In this document: positions 1-13,850 of the stretch, one piece after another
Numbering within the stretch: the first letter of the stretch is position 1
Layout of the letters: each line of letters starts with the position of its first letter
Source of the DNA: Camelus ferus
Taxonomy: Eukaryota
DNA: 64,000 bases
Assembly (NCBI RefSeq): GCF_009834535.1
Contig: NC_045696.1
Location: forward strand, 100,318,001-100,382,000
Reading direction: 5' to 3'
Position numbers and translations under genes: made by a program
The notes under the pieces: model-generated
Databases searched by the model: none
Seen by the model: only the letters and a program-made list of their open reading frames with translations
Told to the model about the DNA's origin: nothing

Positions 1-961
1 GCATCCCTGTGATAAATCCCACTTGTACGATCCTTTAATGCGTTGTTGGAGTCAATCTGCTAGTATTTTGTTGAGGAGTTTCAGTTTCACTATATTCAAA
101 AGTGATATTGGCCTGTAGTTTTCTTTTTTGTGTGTGATATCTTTGGTTTAGGTATCAGGGTGATGGTGGCCTCATAGAATGAGTTCAGAAGTGTTCCTTC
201 CTCTGCAATTTTTTGGAATAGTTTCAGAAGGACAGGTGTTAACTCTTCTCTAAATGGTAGAATTCACCTGTGAAGCCGTCTGGTCCTGGACTTTTGTTTG
301 TTGGGAGTTTTTTAATTACTGATTCAATTTCAGTCCTGGTAATTGGTCTGTTCAGATTTTCTATTTCTTCCTGGTTCAGTCTAACAAATTGTACCTTTCT
401 AAGAAATTGTCCATTTCTTCTAGGTTGTCCTTTTTGTTGGTGTATGGTGCTAATAGTAGCCTCTTATGATCCCTTTATTTCTGTGGTGTCAGTTGTAACT
501 TCTCCTTGTTCACTTATGATTTTTATTAATTTGGGCCCTCTTCCTTTCTTTCTTGATGAGTATGACTAAAGGTTTATCAGTTTTTTTTGTCTTTTCAAAG
601 AACAGCTTTTAGTTTCATTGACATTTTATCTTTTCTTTTCTTTTCTTTTTTTTTTTTTAGTCTCTATTTCATTTACTTCTGCTCTAACCTGTATGATTTC
701 TTTTCTTCTACTAACTTTGGGTTTTGTTTGTTTTTCTTTCTCTAGTTGCTTTAGCTGTAGGTTAGGTTATTTATTTGAGATTTTTCTTGTTTCCTGAGAT
801 AAGCTTGTATCTATAAACTTCCCTCTTGGAACTGCTTTTGCTGCATCCCATAGGTTTTGGATCATTGTGTTTTCATTTGTTTTAAAGTATTTTTTTAATT
901 TCCTCTTTGCTTTCTTCAACGAGCCACTGGTTGTTTAGTAGCATATCGCTTAGCCTCCACA
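1..961 (-). mobile_element. LINE-1 ORF2 fragment
   Basis: Reverse complement matches typical L1 ORF2 (ccaggaccagacggcttcacaggtgaattcta, gaggccaccatcaccctgatacc). Confidence 0.95.
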
Positions 962-1574
962 TGTTGCGACCCTGGAACATGCCCTGCCAAGTGTGGGTCC
1001 TTGGCTTTGCTCAGGAAAGAATTCAAGAGTGAGCTACAGTTGAGTAAAGGTAGATTTATTTAGAGAGCCACACAGTGCATAGAGTGTAGGCTGTTTCAGA
1101 AGGCAAGAGAAAGGGCACGAGGTGTGGGGGATGGGTGCTCAGGTTAGAGTAAAAGTAGATACACACTTCACAGACAGGGTGTGGGCCATCTCCAAAGATG
1201 AGGGAGCAAAAAGCTTGGCCAGGAGGTGCAATGCTGCCAGTTTTTAATGGGCTCCATAGCTTCATATGCTAACAAGTGGGAGGACCATTTTAACTACCAT
1301 GGGGAAGGGGCTGGGATTCTCAGGAATTTGGTCATTGCCCACTCTTTGACCTTTTATAGTTAGTTTTGGAATTGTCATGGCACCTGTGGGAGTGTCATTT
1401 ATCATGCTAATATATTACAATGAGCATATAATGAAGCTCAAGGTCTACTAGAAGTCAAATCTCCCACTATCTTGAGCCTCAAGGCCCACTGGGATTAAAT
1501 CTTCCACCATTTTGATGTTAATTGCTGTGACATTCCTTGAATGGCTGTGCCCTGCCCTCTTCCCTCCTGTCTCA
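962..1574 (-). mobile_element. ERV1-type solo LTR
   Basis: TG..CA termini. Its 5' end on the minus strand (tgagacaggagggaa..gggcagggcaca) is shared with the LTR at 4397. No TSD. Confidence 0.85.
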
Positions 1575-1760
1575 TTACCATCCCGCTGTAGTTCCCTCTT
1601 TATGTTTCCAGTTGAAGAAGATCTTTTTTTTTTTTTGCTAGGATCCAGTCTTTTTTTTTTTTTCCCCCAATGGTTGTTTAGCAGTCAGTTGTGGTTCTAT
1701 TGTAGTCATGAGGAGAGGTGAGCTTGTGGTCCTACTACTCCACCATCTTGACTGGAAATC
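1575..1760 (-). mobile_element. LINE-1 5'UTR start
   Basis: Reverse complement begins caagatggtggagtagtaggaccacaagctcacc, the typical L1 5' end with a YY1-type AAGATGG. Confidence 0.7.
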
Positions 1761-2584
1761 TCCATGTTCTTATTTCTGGCACTTCAAGATGCTGCAGACT
1801 TACTTTGCCCTAGTCCTACAATCAGCCATTTCCTCATGAAGAAATTGGAAGACTATTAGAAATAAGATTTGAGCACAGGGTGTGCAATCATTTTTTCAAA
1901 AGTCACTTTTTATTTGTACATGGTGGATTATTTTCCATTGGAAATTGGTGGAGAAAATGGCTCCTTATTCTGCCCCTAAATGAAGGACTGTGAGACACCT
2001 GCATATTGAATGATTATATATTTTCACATTAGTCAGTTATAAACAGTGGGTATTCTCAAAGATCTTTGTTCCCATTTTCCATCTTGAAGACAGCTAGAAA
2101 GTATGCCATTATCCCTTGTGGACATTAAGAATAGCTCCTATGGATTTCAGGTTAATTTTTATTAAAAATTACTCTGGCACAAGTTAATTGGTTTTATTAT
2201 TTAATAAATAAATAAATTCTAGAGTTCGTCAGAGACCATCTAATCAGAATTCTTTTTATAAGCCAAGTTATAAATTGTGTGACATGTTTTATTAGAATAC
2301 AATTTAACCTCTGTGTTTTCTAATGGGTAGGCAAAGGAAAGCGATAAGTAGAAAATGTCATTGTATTGATTTAGACAGTACCTGAGATAGAAGAGAGTAA
2401 GCAAAAGTAAATTGTAATAAAGTAAAACCTGTTTAATCCATGATCTTAATTATTTCTCATGACATAGATGTACGGATACTCATCTCATCAGTTATATTTG
2501 GGTAAGCAATAATGTTGGAATCATTATCAACAATTATGTAGGAGTTCTTTAAACTATGACTCAACCCCACGTTTCAAAGCACTC

Positions 2585-2665
2585 TTTTCTTTCTTCCTTC
2601 CCTCCCCTCCCCTCCCCTCCCCTTCCCTTCCCTTCCTTTCCTTTCCTTTCCTTTCCTTTTTTCCT
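2585..2665. repeat. (CCCCT)n/(CCTTT)n pyrimidine microsatellite
   Basis: Seen directly. Confidence 0.95.
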
Positions 2666-2697
2666 ATTCATAGCACCTACCATTCAGGATTGGCTAG

Positions 2698-2830
2698 GCC
2701 AGTGGTTTTCAAAATGTGGACACCAGACTGGTAGCATCAGCATCATCTGGGAACTCACTGGACATGTGGTCTGTGTTTTAACAAAACCTCCAGGTGATTC
2801 TGATGTATAGTGAAGACTGGGAAATACGGG
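2698..2830. mobile_element. MER5-like hAT DNA transposon relic
   Basis: cagtggttttcaaaatgtgg..agcatcagcatcatctggg..ccaggtgattctgatg. Confidence 0.75.
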
Positions 2831-3164
2831 ACTCCAAGTTACGCTGCAACTCTGAACTTCCATGGCTTAAAACATTAAAAGTTTTTATCTGACTCAAAGT
2901 ACATGCCTACAACAGGGCAGCCAGGAAGAAGGAAGACTTTTTACAGCATCTGTTTCTGTGGTTGCTACAGCTGGGAAGTGAAATACACACCGACTCTTAA
3001 AACCTCTTCTGGGAAGTGACACTTTCTTCTCCTCATAATTCTTCAGTTAAAGGAAGTCTCTTGGCCACTCTTAACTTGAGGTAGTACCATCCTACCAGAC
3101 ACCAAAATGGATGGAAAGAATGATTTATTTAGGAAACATCATGAATATCTACTACAGCAGTAGG

Positions 3165-3480
3165 TATCACATTTTTTCTAATAAAAATATAATGGGATTT
3201 ACATATGTAATTTAAAGTTATCTAGTATCCACATTAAAAAGTATGAAGTTAAATTAATATTATTAAAACATTTTATTTAATTCAGTATATCCAAAATATA
3301 ATCACTTTGACATAGAAAAAGTATAAACTTATTAATGAAATATTTTGCTTCCATTTTTTCCATCCTAAGTCTCAGAGATCTGGTATGTATTTTGCACTCA
3401 GAGAATATCTTTGGTTTGAAGTAACCCCATTTTAAGTGCTTAACAAATATATGTGATTAGAAATGCCCATTTGAACAACA
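3165..3480. mobile_element. MER33-like hAT-Charlie relic
   Basis: aatataatg..acatatgtaatttaaa..ccacattaaaaag..aatctggt-type consensus features. Confidence 0.65.
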
Positions 3481-4396
3481 TTTTGAACACATAAGGATAA
3501 TATCTACCATGTACTAGGCATTCCACAAATATATGTAAAATGTTGACTGATTATAAATCATAATTATTTTTTAAAATAGTTTTGCTTCTTTATCATATTA
3601 ATGTGCTTGGGTCTTGGGTTTTCTTCTCAAATTCTTTCCTTCTGTGAATTTCTCTCACTTTTTTAGGCATATCTTAAATTTTAGGGATATCTGGGAAAAT
3701 TAGATTTCAAAGCTTTCATCGGAAAATCATTACAAGTGTTTAACATTTTCATATCTTTATCTGTTTGCCGTAGGCATATAGTTTTATATCTGTATCTACG
3801 ATTTCTTGCTATCTTTCCTATATAATATTTTTGTGTGTTTAGGGACCACAGGGCTTTTCAGAACTATGCCAAATTTAAGCTGAGCTTATGAAGTTTAAAC
3901 ATATGGCCTCCATGCAAACTGATGTTAAAATGTGAGGATTAAATGCAGAGGTAATTTTCAGGAGAGAAGGAAATGCTAAGTTCTAGCTCTAAGGCCCAGA
4001 TTTATGCCTATAACTGCTCAATAAAACGGTATAATATAAAATTGTTCTTTATTGACATGATACCCTCTTTTTTATCTTACATTTTCCAAAATGTAAACAG
4101 TCTGCCTACTCTTTGTTTATTTGAGAAAGTTTGACACAACATTAAAAAAAAAAAACCACAAACATACTAAATAAAAAATCCAAGTTCTAAAATGCTATGG
4201 TCCACATTTAAGAATTATACTTCCCCAAAAAAGTGTTCATTTACTATGTTCAGCATTGTCTCATAATACCAGTCCAGTGCCAGTGATATGATAACTAAAA
4301 ACTACTCATGCAGTAACAACTCTTCTTCAGAAAGTCCCTAAAAGACATACTCGCAAAAATCTTCTTTATATTAAAAAAGGTTTAACTTATGAGGTG

Positions 4397-5101
4397 TGAG
4401 ACAGGAGGGAAGGGGGCAGGGCACAACTATTAAAAGAATGACACAGCAACTAGCACCAAGATGGTGGAAATTCATCTCCCATTAGACTTTAAGCTTCAAT
4501 ATATGCTCATTAAAATACAATAGCTGCTAAATGGTACTCCCATAAGTGCCATGACAGTTCCAAGGCTGACCATAAAAGGTCAAAGAGAGGGTGATGGCCC
4601 AATTCTGGGGAATCCTAGCCCCTTCCCCAAAGTAGTTGAAATAATCCTCCCACTTGTTAGCATATGAATTTACCGAGACCATAAAAATTAACAACCCCCA
4701 CACTAGTCTTCTTTTTCCTAGTCAACCCCATGCTCTGAGGCTGCCACTCTTCCTTCTGAGTAAGATGGCCCACATTCTGCCTATGGGGTGTGCATCTCCT
4801 AGGCCATTCTCTTACCTTTTGAGACAGTGCACACTCTGGAAAATATATCTACTCTTGCTTTAACCACCTCCCCCATCCCCACATCTCATGGGCTCTTTGG
4901 CCTTCTGAGATGGCTTATTTGGAGTCTGTCTGTGGAGTGTGTGTCTCTCTGAGTAAATCTAATTTTACTCAATTATGGCTGAGTCTTTAATTCTTTCCTA
5001 TGCAAAGCCAAGGACCCTCACTGGGTGGGGTGCATACCAGGGACTCATCTGAGACCTGGGACATGGCCATCCTCTTGCACTCCATCTTTTTTCCTGTATC
5101 A
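4397..5101 (+). mobile_element. ERV1-type solo LTR, related to 962-1574
   Basis: tgagacaggagggaagggggcagggcaca ... cctgtatca, with internal agatggccc..ctgtc..gtgtg repeats. Confidence 0.85.
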
Positions 5102-5229
5102 GTGCTGCCTTTATTTCTGAATTAGTGAAGGAAAAATAAAGGCCCAATGATTTGGTAAACAATGTCTTTTCATTGGTATAGATAAGAGTTTGTTTTTGTT
5201 GTTGCTCTGATTTGTGTTTTAAATAAAGG

Positions 5230-5670
5230 GAAAAATGATCTAAGTGTTCTCCACGAAAATGCAGGTCATGCTTCTCAAACTGCAGTGTGATTGCAGAGCT
5301 TCTGGGCTCTGAAATCCATCCCTTCCTTTGTGCTCATCCCACACTTCCCACAGGTTCTTTGCACCCACTGACGGAGCATAGCAGGGATGGACACTGAAGT
5401 AAAAAGATTTCTGTGAGTCACAGGACTGCTTCATAGTCTGCTTTGGGTGGAGGACCCTTGATGGATTTGCCAAACTCTCCTTAGGCACTTTCACTCAAGC
5501 CTTCTCATCTTTTTCTCTCCCCTTGGTGTCAGGCTTGTTTGTACTTTCAAGGTTCTCCCATGCTTGTCTGGCTACCTTCCTATTTTCTCTCATCCAGAAA
5601 TTTCCTTGAATAAAATCCTTATATATTAATCCAATCTTGGCATCTGCTTCTTGGAGGACTTGGACTAATA
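5230..5670 (+). mobile_element. ERVL-type LTR relic (LTR33-like)
   Basis: Ends aataaaatcc..tcttggcatctgcttcttggaggacttggactaata. Confidence 0.55.
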
Positions 5671-5719
5671 TAAGTGCTTTGGAATCCCTTAGATTTGGCT
5701 TTTGAATAAGGGCATCCTC

Positions 5720-6960
5720 CTACCAGAGTGGGGTGGCAGAGTATGAGTAGTGAGAGGAGGGTGCCTTGCGGGTGCTGGCAGCCTTGGCCTGGTGAAGGCT
5801 GTTAGGAGTCACAGCAGGATGAGAAAAGCATCGGCAGAGGAGGGAAGCAGTGCTTGCAGGGACTCTGCGTGAGGTGTCAGAATCTAAGGGAGGGAGGAGA
5901 GACATTGGGACAAAGGGCAGTGGTAACATTGGGACATCTGTTATATACAGGGGGAACTGAAGCAGAAATAAATTAAGGATAATGAGAGCCATGTCAGAGA
6001 TGGGAGTTGCAAATACAGAAAATGAGAACATTATATAAAACCTGTGGTTTGGGGTTCAAATGGCGTTCAAACTGATGGTTCTAAAGGTATAAGTGAATAT
6101 GGTTATAAATGTATGTACATAAACAATCCATGTTCCCCAGCTCTATCTGAGTGTAACAACACCCCAATAATAATAAGCATATCTATCACTCCCATGCTGG
6201 TTTCTACAAAGACTATTCATTAAAGAAACTGGAACTCCTTGAGAAAATAAATGGCTGTTTCTGGGATTGGAGAAGGAAAAGCACAAGGTGAGCCTGGAAG
6301 ATTATTTTGTTCCAGGAAGTAAGGAAGTCTCAAAGAATGATGGTGTTATGTCAGAAGGACGTAGGAGTCAGCTTCCAGAGGTTCCTGTTGACAAAATTTA
6401 GGACAGCTTTCAAACAAGATTGATAATAATGTGTTATAATCAATGGAACAAAATTAAGAATCCATGACTCCATACTAACAATAAATATATAAGTAAGTAA
6501 GTGAGAAAGGAAAGGTTTTCTTTCATATAATGTCAAGTAATAAGTGCAGAAGATATAATAGAAATCCCAATTAAAAATAATAGAAAAATCACAATTAAAC
6601 AGCAATCCTAATAATTATTAATTCAGCTAAGAAATACCAATGGATGCTAAAACTATGGGTGAGTTTGATGAAGCAAAGAATAGTTACATCTCAAGGTATT
6701 TCCTCACAAGAACTAATTAATGATAAAAGAGCCACCATACAGCGAACAACACAGAAACAAAAACAACTGGCAGGATCCCCTTAACTAAGTGATCAAAGTT
6801 AACAATTCCAATACTAAGAAAATTCAAAACCATGTGATAAAAAGATAGCATCTCTTCTACCAAATTCCTCCCCAAAATGCCAAATCTGGCTCTCATCATG
6901 AGGCACATCAGAAAAAAAAAAAAAAACAAAAAACAGAACCCCAAATTGCGGTATGTATGA
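5720..6960 (+). mobile_element. Old L1M (L1MC/MD-like) 3' region
   Basis: gaactccttgagaaaa..tggctg..ggtgagcctggaa..ccaggaagtaaggaagt motifs. Confidence 0.65.
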
Positions 6961-7479
6961 AAACATATAGAACTGATATAATTTTCTTCAGATCAAACAG
7001 CTTGAAAGAACACTGAGTAAAGAAGAAAGTTGTCATGGGCATATGCACAAGGACTTGATTTTCCCATTTGCTCTGGAGAAATGAGAACATGCATTTATTA
7101 GGTTAGATTTGATGGGCTGGGGCAACCAAGTTTTGCCGGTAGCAGTGCCTACAGATGCCCAGAGATTCTTTACCTGTTCTTTCCCCAATCAAGTTAATAT
7201 CCAGAATTCCCACGTATTTACAGAAGACTCAAACTCTATCTGACCAAAAATCTTTTAGACTTAAATTTATAAGCTTAAAAATTATTTAGAATTGACTTAT
7301 GCAATGAAGTAGATTTTTCTTGATTTTCACATTTGTTGTTATTTTTAATGCTAAAATAAAATACATTAGGTAACAGATCTGAAAACAACTAGAAAAGACA
7401 GTTTTAAAAAATCTCATACATAAGGCTTTCTCTCATTTTCTCCCAACTTGTCATGGGCATATATTACAAAAGGTTTGGG

Positions 7480-7597
7480 AAAAGAAGAAAGAGGAAGAAG
7501 CAAGGAAATGAGAAGAGAATGATGAAGGGGAAAAGGAAGAGCCAGAAGAAAGGGGACGAAGAGGAGGAGGAGGAGGAGGAGGAGGAGGAGGAGGGGA
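7480..7597. repeat. Purine-rich tract ending in (GGA)n
   Basis: Seen directly. Confidence 0.95.
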
Positions 7598-8169
7598 ACA
7601 CATCTATGAAGATGCTTTGTGTACAAGAATAAAACTGACATTTATTAAGTTTCTATCATGTGCCAGGCACTATTTTAGATGCTTTTTATGTTGTTTAGCA
7701 AGTGAGGAAAAAAACTGAGTAATTAGGTATCTTACTCAACAGCTAGTAGATGGTATGTCTGTCTTCCTCCAAAGCTCAAACTTTATCCTAAGTGATGCTA
7801 GTAAATAGTTAAATAGCAGTACAACTGATGAAATAAAGGATGGAAATGCTCCACCAGATGTCAGCACCTAGGTGATTTAATGCTTTGATTTCAATATGGT
7901 TTCCTCATTTAAAAAATCTGAACAGACATCCAGAGTAGTCTAAAATGTGTTGAATTTTACTGTCTTGGAATATTTTCAGAGTAATGTTGATGTTTTCACT
8001 AATTTTCAGTTTGTTTAAGTGCAATTGTGTCCCAAAGCTTCTTAGTAAAACATTACTTTAAAAATCTGAGTCAAATCAAATGTCTCAAAATGACTAATGA
8101 ATAGTATTAGATTTGTCAAATAAAGTCTCATTAAAAGTTGTGTGACTGAAACGTCCTCTGAATACTTTT

Positions 8170-8865
8170 GAATTTTCAAAAAGTCAAGGTATTATAAACA
8201 GAGTAGAATGCTCAAATATTAAGTGAATGGTTCAGTTTGTTTTGACAAATATATATACATTCACTCAAGGCATGGAACATTTCCATTAACCAAAAAAAGT
8301 TTCTTTGTGCTCTTTCCTGTTTGTTTCTACCGAACTTGAAGCCAGAGGTATGTACTGATTGGATTGGTATCCTAATAAGTTAGTTTTGCCTATTGCAGGA
8401 CTGTATACACATGGAATCTACAGAGTGTTCTTTGTTTCTGGCTTCTTCCACTCAGCACAATATTTTGATATTCATCCATGATGCTGGATGTATCAGTGGT
8501 TTGTTCCTTTTTATTGTGAATAGTATTCATTTTTTGAATCTACAACAGTTTGTTTATCCATTCTTCTGTTGATGGACTTTTAGGCTGATGTTAATTATTA
8601 TGAATAAATCTGACTGAACATTCTTGTTCAAGGATTTTTGTGGACATATGCTTTCAACTCTCTCAGATTGGAATTGCAGGGTCAAATGGAAGATGTGTAT
8701 CTAACTTTCAAATCAATTGCCAAACAATTTTCCAAAGTGGCTGTGCCATTTACATACTCATACTCCCATCAGCACAAAGTAGGAGAATTCTGGTTGTTTC
8801 AAACCCTTTCCAACATTTGTTGTTGTTGGTCTTTTCCATTTAGGCATACTTGTGGTTGTGTATGG
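8170..8865 (-). mobile_element. Old L1M 3' end
   Basis: tctggcttcttccactcagca..ttcatccatg..tttatccattc..ctgttgatggac. Confidence 0.85.
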
Positions 8866-8883
8866 TATGCTTCTGGGTACTTT

Positions 8884-9358
8884 TGTAGGGAATGAAAACA
8901 TTTTCCTTTACCCTTTTGGGTTCTTTGGCTGGTCTAATAATTAAATTGACATAAACCAGATTAATAGAAAAAACAAATTTATGATGTCTGTTTGAGAGCC
9001 CCAAAGACATGAGACCCAAAGACAAGCTGAGTAATTGAGACTCATATGCCATCTTGACCTAAGGAATGGGATAGAGGCCTGGAGCTTTAAAGGGGAGAAG
9101 GGTCATTTCCAGGACAATAAAAAGGTGTTTGGTAATTAGATGTTTGCCCTGCCATACAGTTAGGTCATTCAGATTAAAGTTATCTCTAGTAATTGCTCTC
9201 TCTCTCTCCGAGCCACGTTCCCTGTCTAAATTCTTTTAGGTAGTAAAAGTGGAGGTAAAAAGTTCTTCCTGAGTCTTCTGGGCCTTAATTGTTTTCAGCT
9301 CAAAATAACCTACATGCCAGATTGGCATATTTTGGGAGGCCCGTTCTGAGCCCCTTCA
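8884..9358 (-). mobile_element. MER34/MER39-like ERV1 solo LTR
   Basis: Minus strand starts tgaaggggctcagaac..cccaaaatatgcca..tggcat..ttattttgagctg. TG..CA ends with 4-bp TSD CTTT (8880-8883 / 9359-9362). Confidence 0.85.
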
Positions 9359-10049
9359 CTTTCAACAAAGCTGAGATACAGGTGGTGAGGGATCTGTACT
9401 AGTCAGTAGGGCTGCTACAAATATTTCAGATCTCCTTTCCTTCTAAACACATGATGAGATTATATTTATATCAATATTAGATGTACACAGTAAACAAAAG
9501 GCCCTCTGCAGATCTATGTTGAACTTGCAGTAAAAGAAATAATCTTTATTATTTCTAAGCTTTGAGATTTCGGTGTCTTTTGTTACTATAGCATAACCTA
9601 CCCTAACCTGAAAGGCAGAACGTGGTTCTAAATAGTGCTTATCCTACTGGGGTACATTTTAGCTATCAATGAACACAAGATAATGTGAAAGAGAGGTCAG
9701 AATGTATTGGAAGGAAGTAATTACTGTTTTGTGAGCACTGTTCATGTGAAAAACAACCTATTAAGTACTTAAGTTGTTCCTTTGAAGACTCTATCGACTT
9801 GAAATACAGTTTTATTCAAATGAAACTGAGAATTAGTGTTGATTAACTTGTTCAGGGTTGTAAGAACGAGTGAGTGTGGGTGGCCTTTCTCTTTTACCTG
9901 TACTCTTTTCATTGCTCTGTGCTATCTGAAGTCGTGATATATTGTCAGTGACAGTACTGGATGGTATTGTTATGGCTTGAACCATTGCTTGTGTAGATGT
10001 AAAAACAAAAATGTGAAAGTAATGAATGCATTTCTTCTTATTCTAAAAG

Positions 10050-10277
10050 TAGAACAGTTGCTGACAAAATTGGTAAGACAGAACTTCAAAGAGCCTGAGG
10101 ACACATTTTGTGAGCCAATGTGTATCAGGAAATATAGCTATAAATAAAACTGAATTTTGAAGTGCAAATTAGGAGTCTGTGTACCAATGTGCTATCAATG
10201 TTTCACTCTGGGAAGCTCAGAGACAGTTTGCAGCAGTGATAGATCATATAGGAAGAATTGTCATTCAGTTTCCAAAG
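10050..10277 (+). pseudogene. Candidate dynein pseudo-exon (N-terminal region)
   Basis: 10173-10277 is open for 35 codons (ESVYQCAINVSLWEAQRQFAAVIDHIGRIVIQFPK) between attag and gtcaag. Weak resemblance to the recalled DNAH2 N-terminal segment TIFIDPCFGLKLELGMP. Confidence 0.3.
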
Positions 10278-10599
10278 GTCAAGTGTGTTTGTTACATTGC
10301 TGAATGAGAATAACCTTCATTCATCGTTTCAATAATTCTAATTTGCTCAATTAGAACAAATAGGAACAAAATAGCTTTTAGGGCTTGTTATAGAATGGTA
10401 CTATACATAGCCATATATACAGAGTGCATGTGCAGTTTTCTGCATGGTTATATTTCTAAGCAATATTTTTTATTTAAATATATACGAAAGAGATGAAGAA
10501 CAAAAATCAGAAAATTTCTCTTTAAATCAGACTCTTGAAATAATAAGATTTGACCATTAATTTCTAGATATTTTTGAAACTTCTTTATATTTTACATTT

Positions 10600-13500
10600 A
10601 TTTTAAGGCTGAACAAATTTACAGGGATTGAATAATATGGAATATATTCTCTGGTAAGATGAAAATAAGCTAGAATTCAAAAACAGAAAAATAAACAGAC
10701 AATTTGTAAACATTTGGGTTAAGCAACCAACTTCCAGATAACCAATGGGTCAAAAACAAAATTAGAATAAAATTTAGAAAATATTTTTGACTAAATAATG
10801 AAAATACAGCATGTGAATGTTGAAGGGATATGGCTAAAGCTGATTTTCTTCAGAGGGGAATTTGAGCTTTAGTGCATATATTAGAATATCAGAAAGGTTG
10901 AAAATAAAAGATCTAAATTTCCATTTTAAGAAGCTATAAAACACAGTAAGTTGAACCCAAAGAAATAAGAGAATGCAGGAAATAATGAACGAGAATGCAC
11001 ATATATAACAGAGAAAATTGACAAAGCTAAATATGTGTGCTTTGAAAATATTAAAACAAAAAACTAGTAACACTCTAGCAAGACCAATAATAGACAAGAA
11101 AAGGGAAAACATAAATTCCCCATCTGAGAAATAATACATGCAACCTCACTACATTATTAAAAATACAATAAGAACACATTACGATGCTTAGCATTACTAG
11201 TCAGTAAAGAAATGCAAATCAAAGTCATAATGAGATACCACTTTACAAACACTAAAATGGCTTAAAAAAAAAAAAAGGAAAATAACAAGTGCTGGAGAGA
11301 ATGCGGAGAAATTGGAAACTTCATATATTCAAAGCTGGTGCAGCTGCCTTGGAAAGTAGTTTGATAGTTCCCCAAAATATTGACCTTAGAATGTTACCAT
11401 TACCTAGTAATTCTAGTCTTTGTTATGTAGAGAGTTGAGAACACATATGTACACAAAAATTTCTATACAAGTATTCACAGCAATGGCATTCATAACCCAA
11501 AAGTGGAAACAACTTAAGTGTCCATCAACTGATGAATGAATAAACAAAATGTGGAGTATCAGTACAATGGAATACTAATAAGCCAGAACAAGAAATAAAA
11601 TACTGATACATGCTATAACATAAACCGACCTTGAAAACATTACACTAAATGAAAGAAGCCAGAACCAAAACATCACAAAGTATATGATTCCATATATGTG
11701 AAATGTCCATAATAGGCAAATCTATAGAAACTGGTTGCCCTGGGCTAGGAGTAGGGAGAATAGAAAGTACTGGTAACAGGTACAGGGTTTCTTTTAGAGC
11801 TAGGAAATGTTCTATAATTGACAGTGGTCATGGTTGCACAAACTTGTAAGTGTACCAAAAACCACTGAATTGTACACTTGACAATGGTGAATTTATGGGA
11901 TGTGAATTGTATCTCGATAACAAAATAGTACATGAATACGTTTATGGTAATATGTTTGAACATTTAAATGAAAGACAAATTCTTGAAAAATACAACCTGC
12001 GTAAGGATAAACAGAAAATTTAAATAGTGTATGTTTGTTAAAGAAATTGAACCCACAATAAAGCTTTCCACGTATACAAAAACTTCCCAGACACAGACAC
12101 AAAGCTTCAAGCCTACACAGTTTCACCAGTGAATTCTTACAAATATTCAGGGATGAAATAATCTGCATAATATTTATCTTTCATAAACAATTACAGAAAA
12201 TAGAGAAAGAAGGGAAAAAATTTCAAGTTGTGTTATGAGACCAAGATAACCCTGATTTCAAAATCTCAACAACTTTGCAAGAAAAGAAAACCAAGGCCAA
12301 ATTCTTTCATGAACACAGCTGCCAAAATCCTAAACAAGATAATACAAATGAGGTTTATTCCAGGAATGCAAGATTGGTTAAATGTTGGGACATCAATCAA
12401 TATACGTCACCACCCTTATCAAATAAAGTAGAAAAATCTTATGATTAACTCCATAAATGCAGGAAAATCCAACATCCATTTATTTAAAAAAGCACTCAGG
12501 TAATTAGGAATAGATGGTATCTTCCTTCATCTAATAAAGGATATATAACAGTGTCAACCTACAGCTATCACCCAACATAATGGTAAAACACTGGAGAGTT
12601 TCCTCCCGCAATTGGAAAGAATATGAGGATGTCCACTACTAGCTCTTCTATTCAATGTTATATTAAAGCTTTTAGGTAGTGCAATAAGTAAGAAAAAAAT
12701 TAAAAACATAGTCTTTACAGTAAGGAGAAAGCTCTCATTATTTGTGATATAGTAATCATTTGTGCAAAAATCAAAAAAACTGCTAGAAAAAAATAATGGA
12801 ATTTAATAAGGTCACTGGTAAATGTATAAAATACATCATATATGTATAAACTAATAACAATTGGGGAATTAAAACATCACTTTTCAATTTACAATAAAAC
12901 ACCATACTCACTGAATGGAAGACTCATTCTTCTTAAGATGTCTTTTCTGCCCACAATCCATGCAATCTTATTCAAAAGTCCAGAATATTTTTTTTGTGGA
13001 AATTGGCAAACTGATTCCAAAACATAAAGAAATGCATAAGACCTGAAATATCCAAAGAAATATTTTTAAAATACCAGACCGATCTTTTTAAGCTACAATA
13101 ATTAAGACAATGCTGTATTGGTGCATGGTATACAAATAGAAGAAAACAGATTGAGAAAAAAATGTACACATGTACAGTAACCTGATTAAAGCAAAATTAC
13201 AATGGCAGTGTAATAATGAAAGAATCGTCTTTTCTTTATATGCTGCTGAATCAATTGGATATCCACATAGAAAAGCACATCTTAGCCACTATATACACAA
13301 AGATTATTTCGAGATTGATTCTAGACCTGAATGTGACAATAAAACAATACGGTTTCTAGAATAAAATATAGGAGAATACGTTTAGGCATAGACAAATATT
13401 TCTTATCAGTGTTGCTAACAAGCACTAACTAGAGAAGATTGATAAGCTGATTAACTGGGCTTAATATTTACTAGAGCTAAACGTATTTACACCTATGCCC

Positions 13501-13850
13501 CAGCATTGCTACTGCTAAGTAGATACCAAGCAAACGAATGCTTATTTCTACCAAAACATGTTTATAGTAGTGTCATTCAAAACAGTAAAAAGTTGGAAAC
13601 AGCATAAATGTCTATATACAGTAGAATATCTACATAAATTGTGGCATATTCATACAGTGGAATTCTATAATGATGAAATACTACTGGTATTTGTAATAAT
13701 GCAAATAATGCAAATAATGCAACAAATGAAAAAACATTGAAAGAATAATAAATAACACATGATTCAATTTATCTGAGGTTCAAAGACAAACTCACTATAA
13801 TGTTCAAGGACAGAATAAGGGTAAGCTTGGTGGGGATTATCACCAGGGTG
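10600..13850 (+). mobile_element. Old L1M ORF2/3' region with a nested L1MB-like 3' end (about 11180-11920)
   Basis: ORF-track peptides AKILNK..FIPGMQDW and VKSWKQHKC. The nested 3' end carries gaaatgcaaatcaaa..aatgagatacca and terminates in tgaattgtatctc. Confidence 0.85.
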
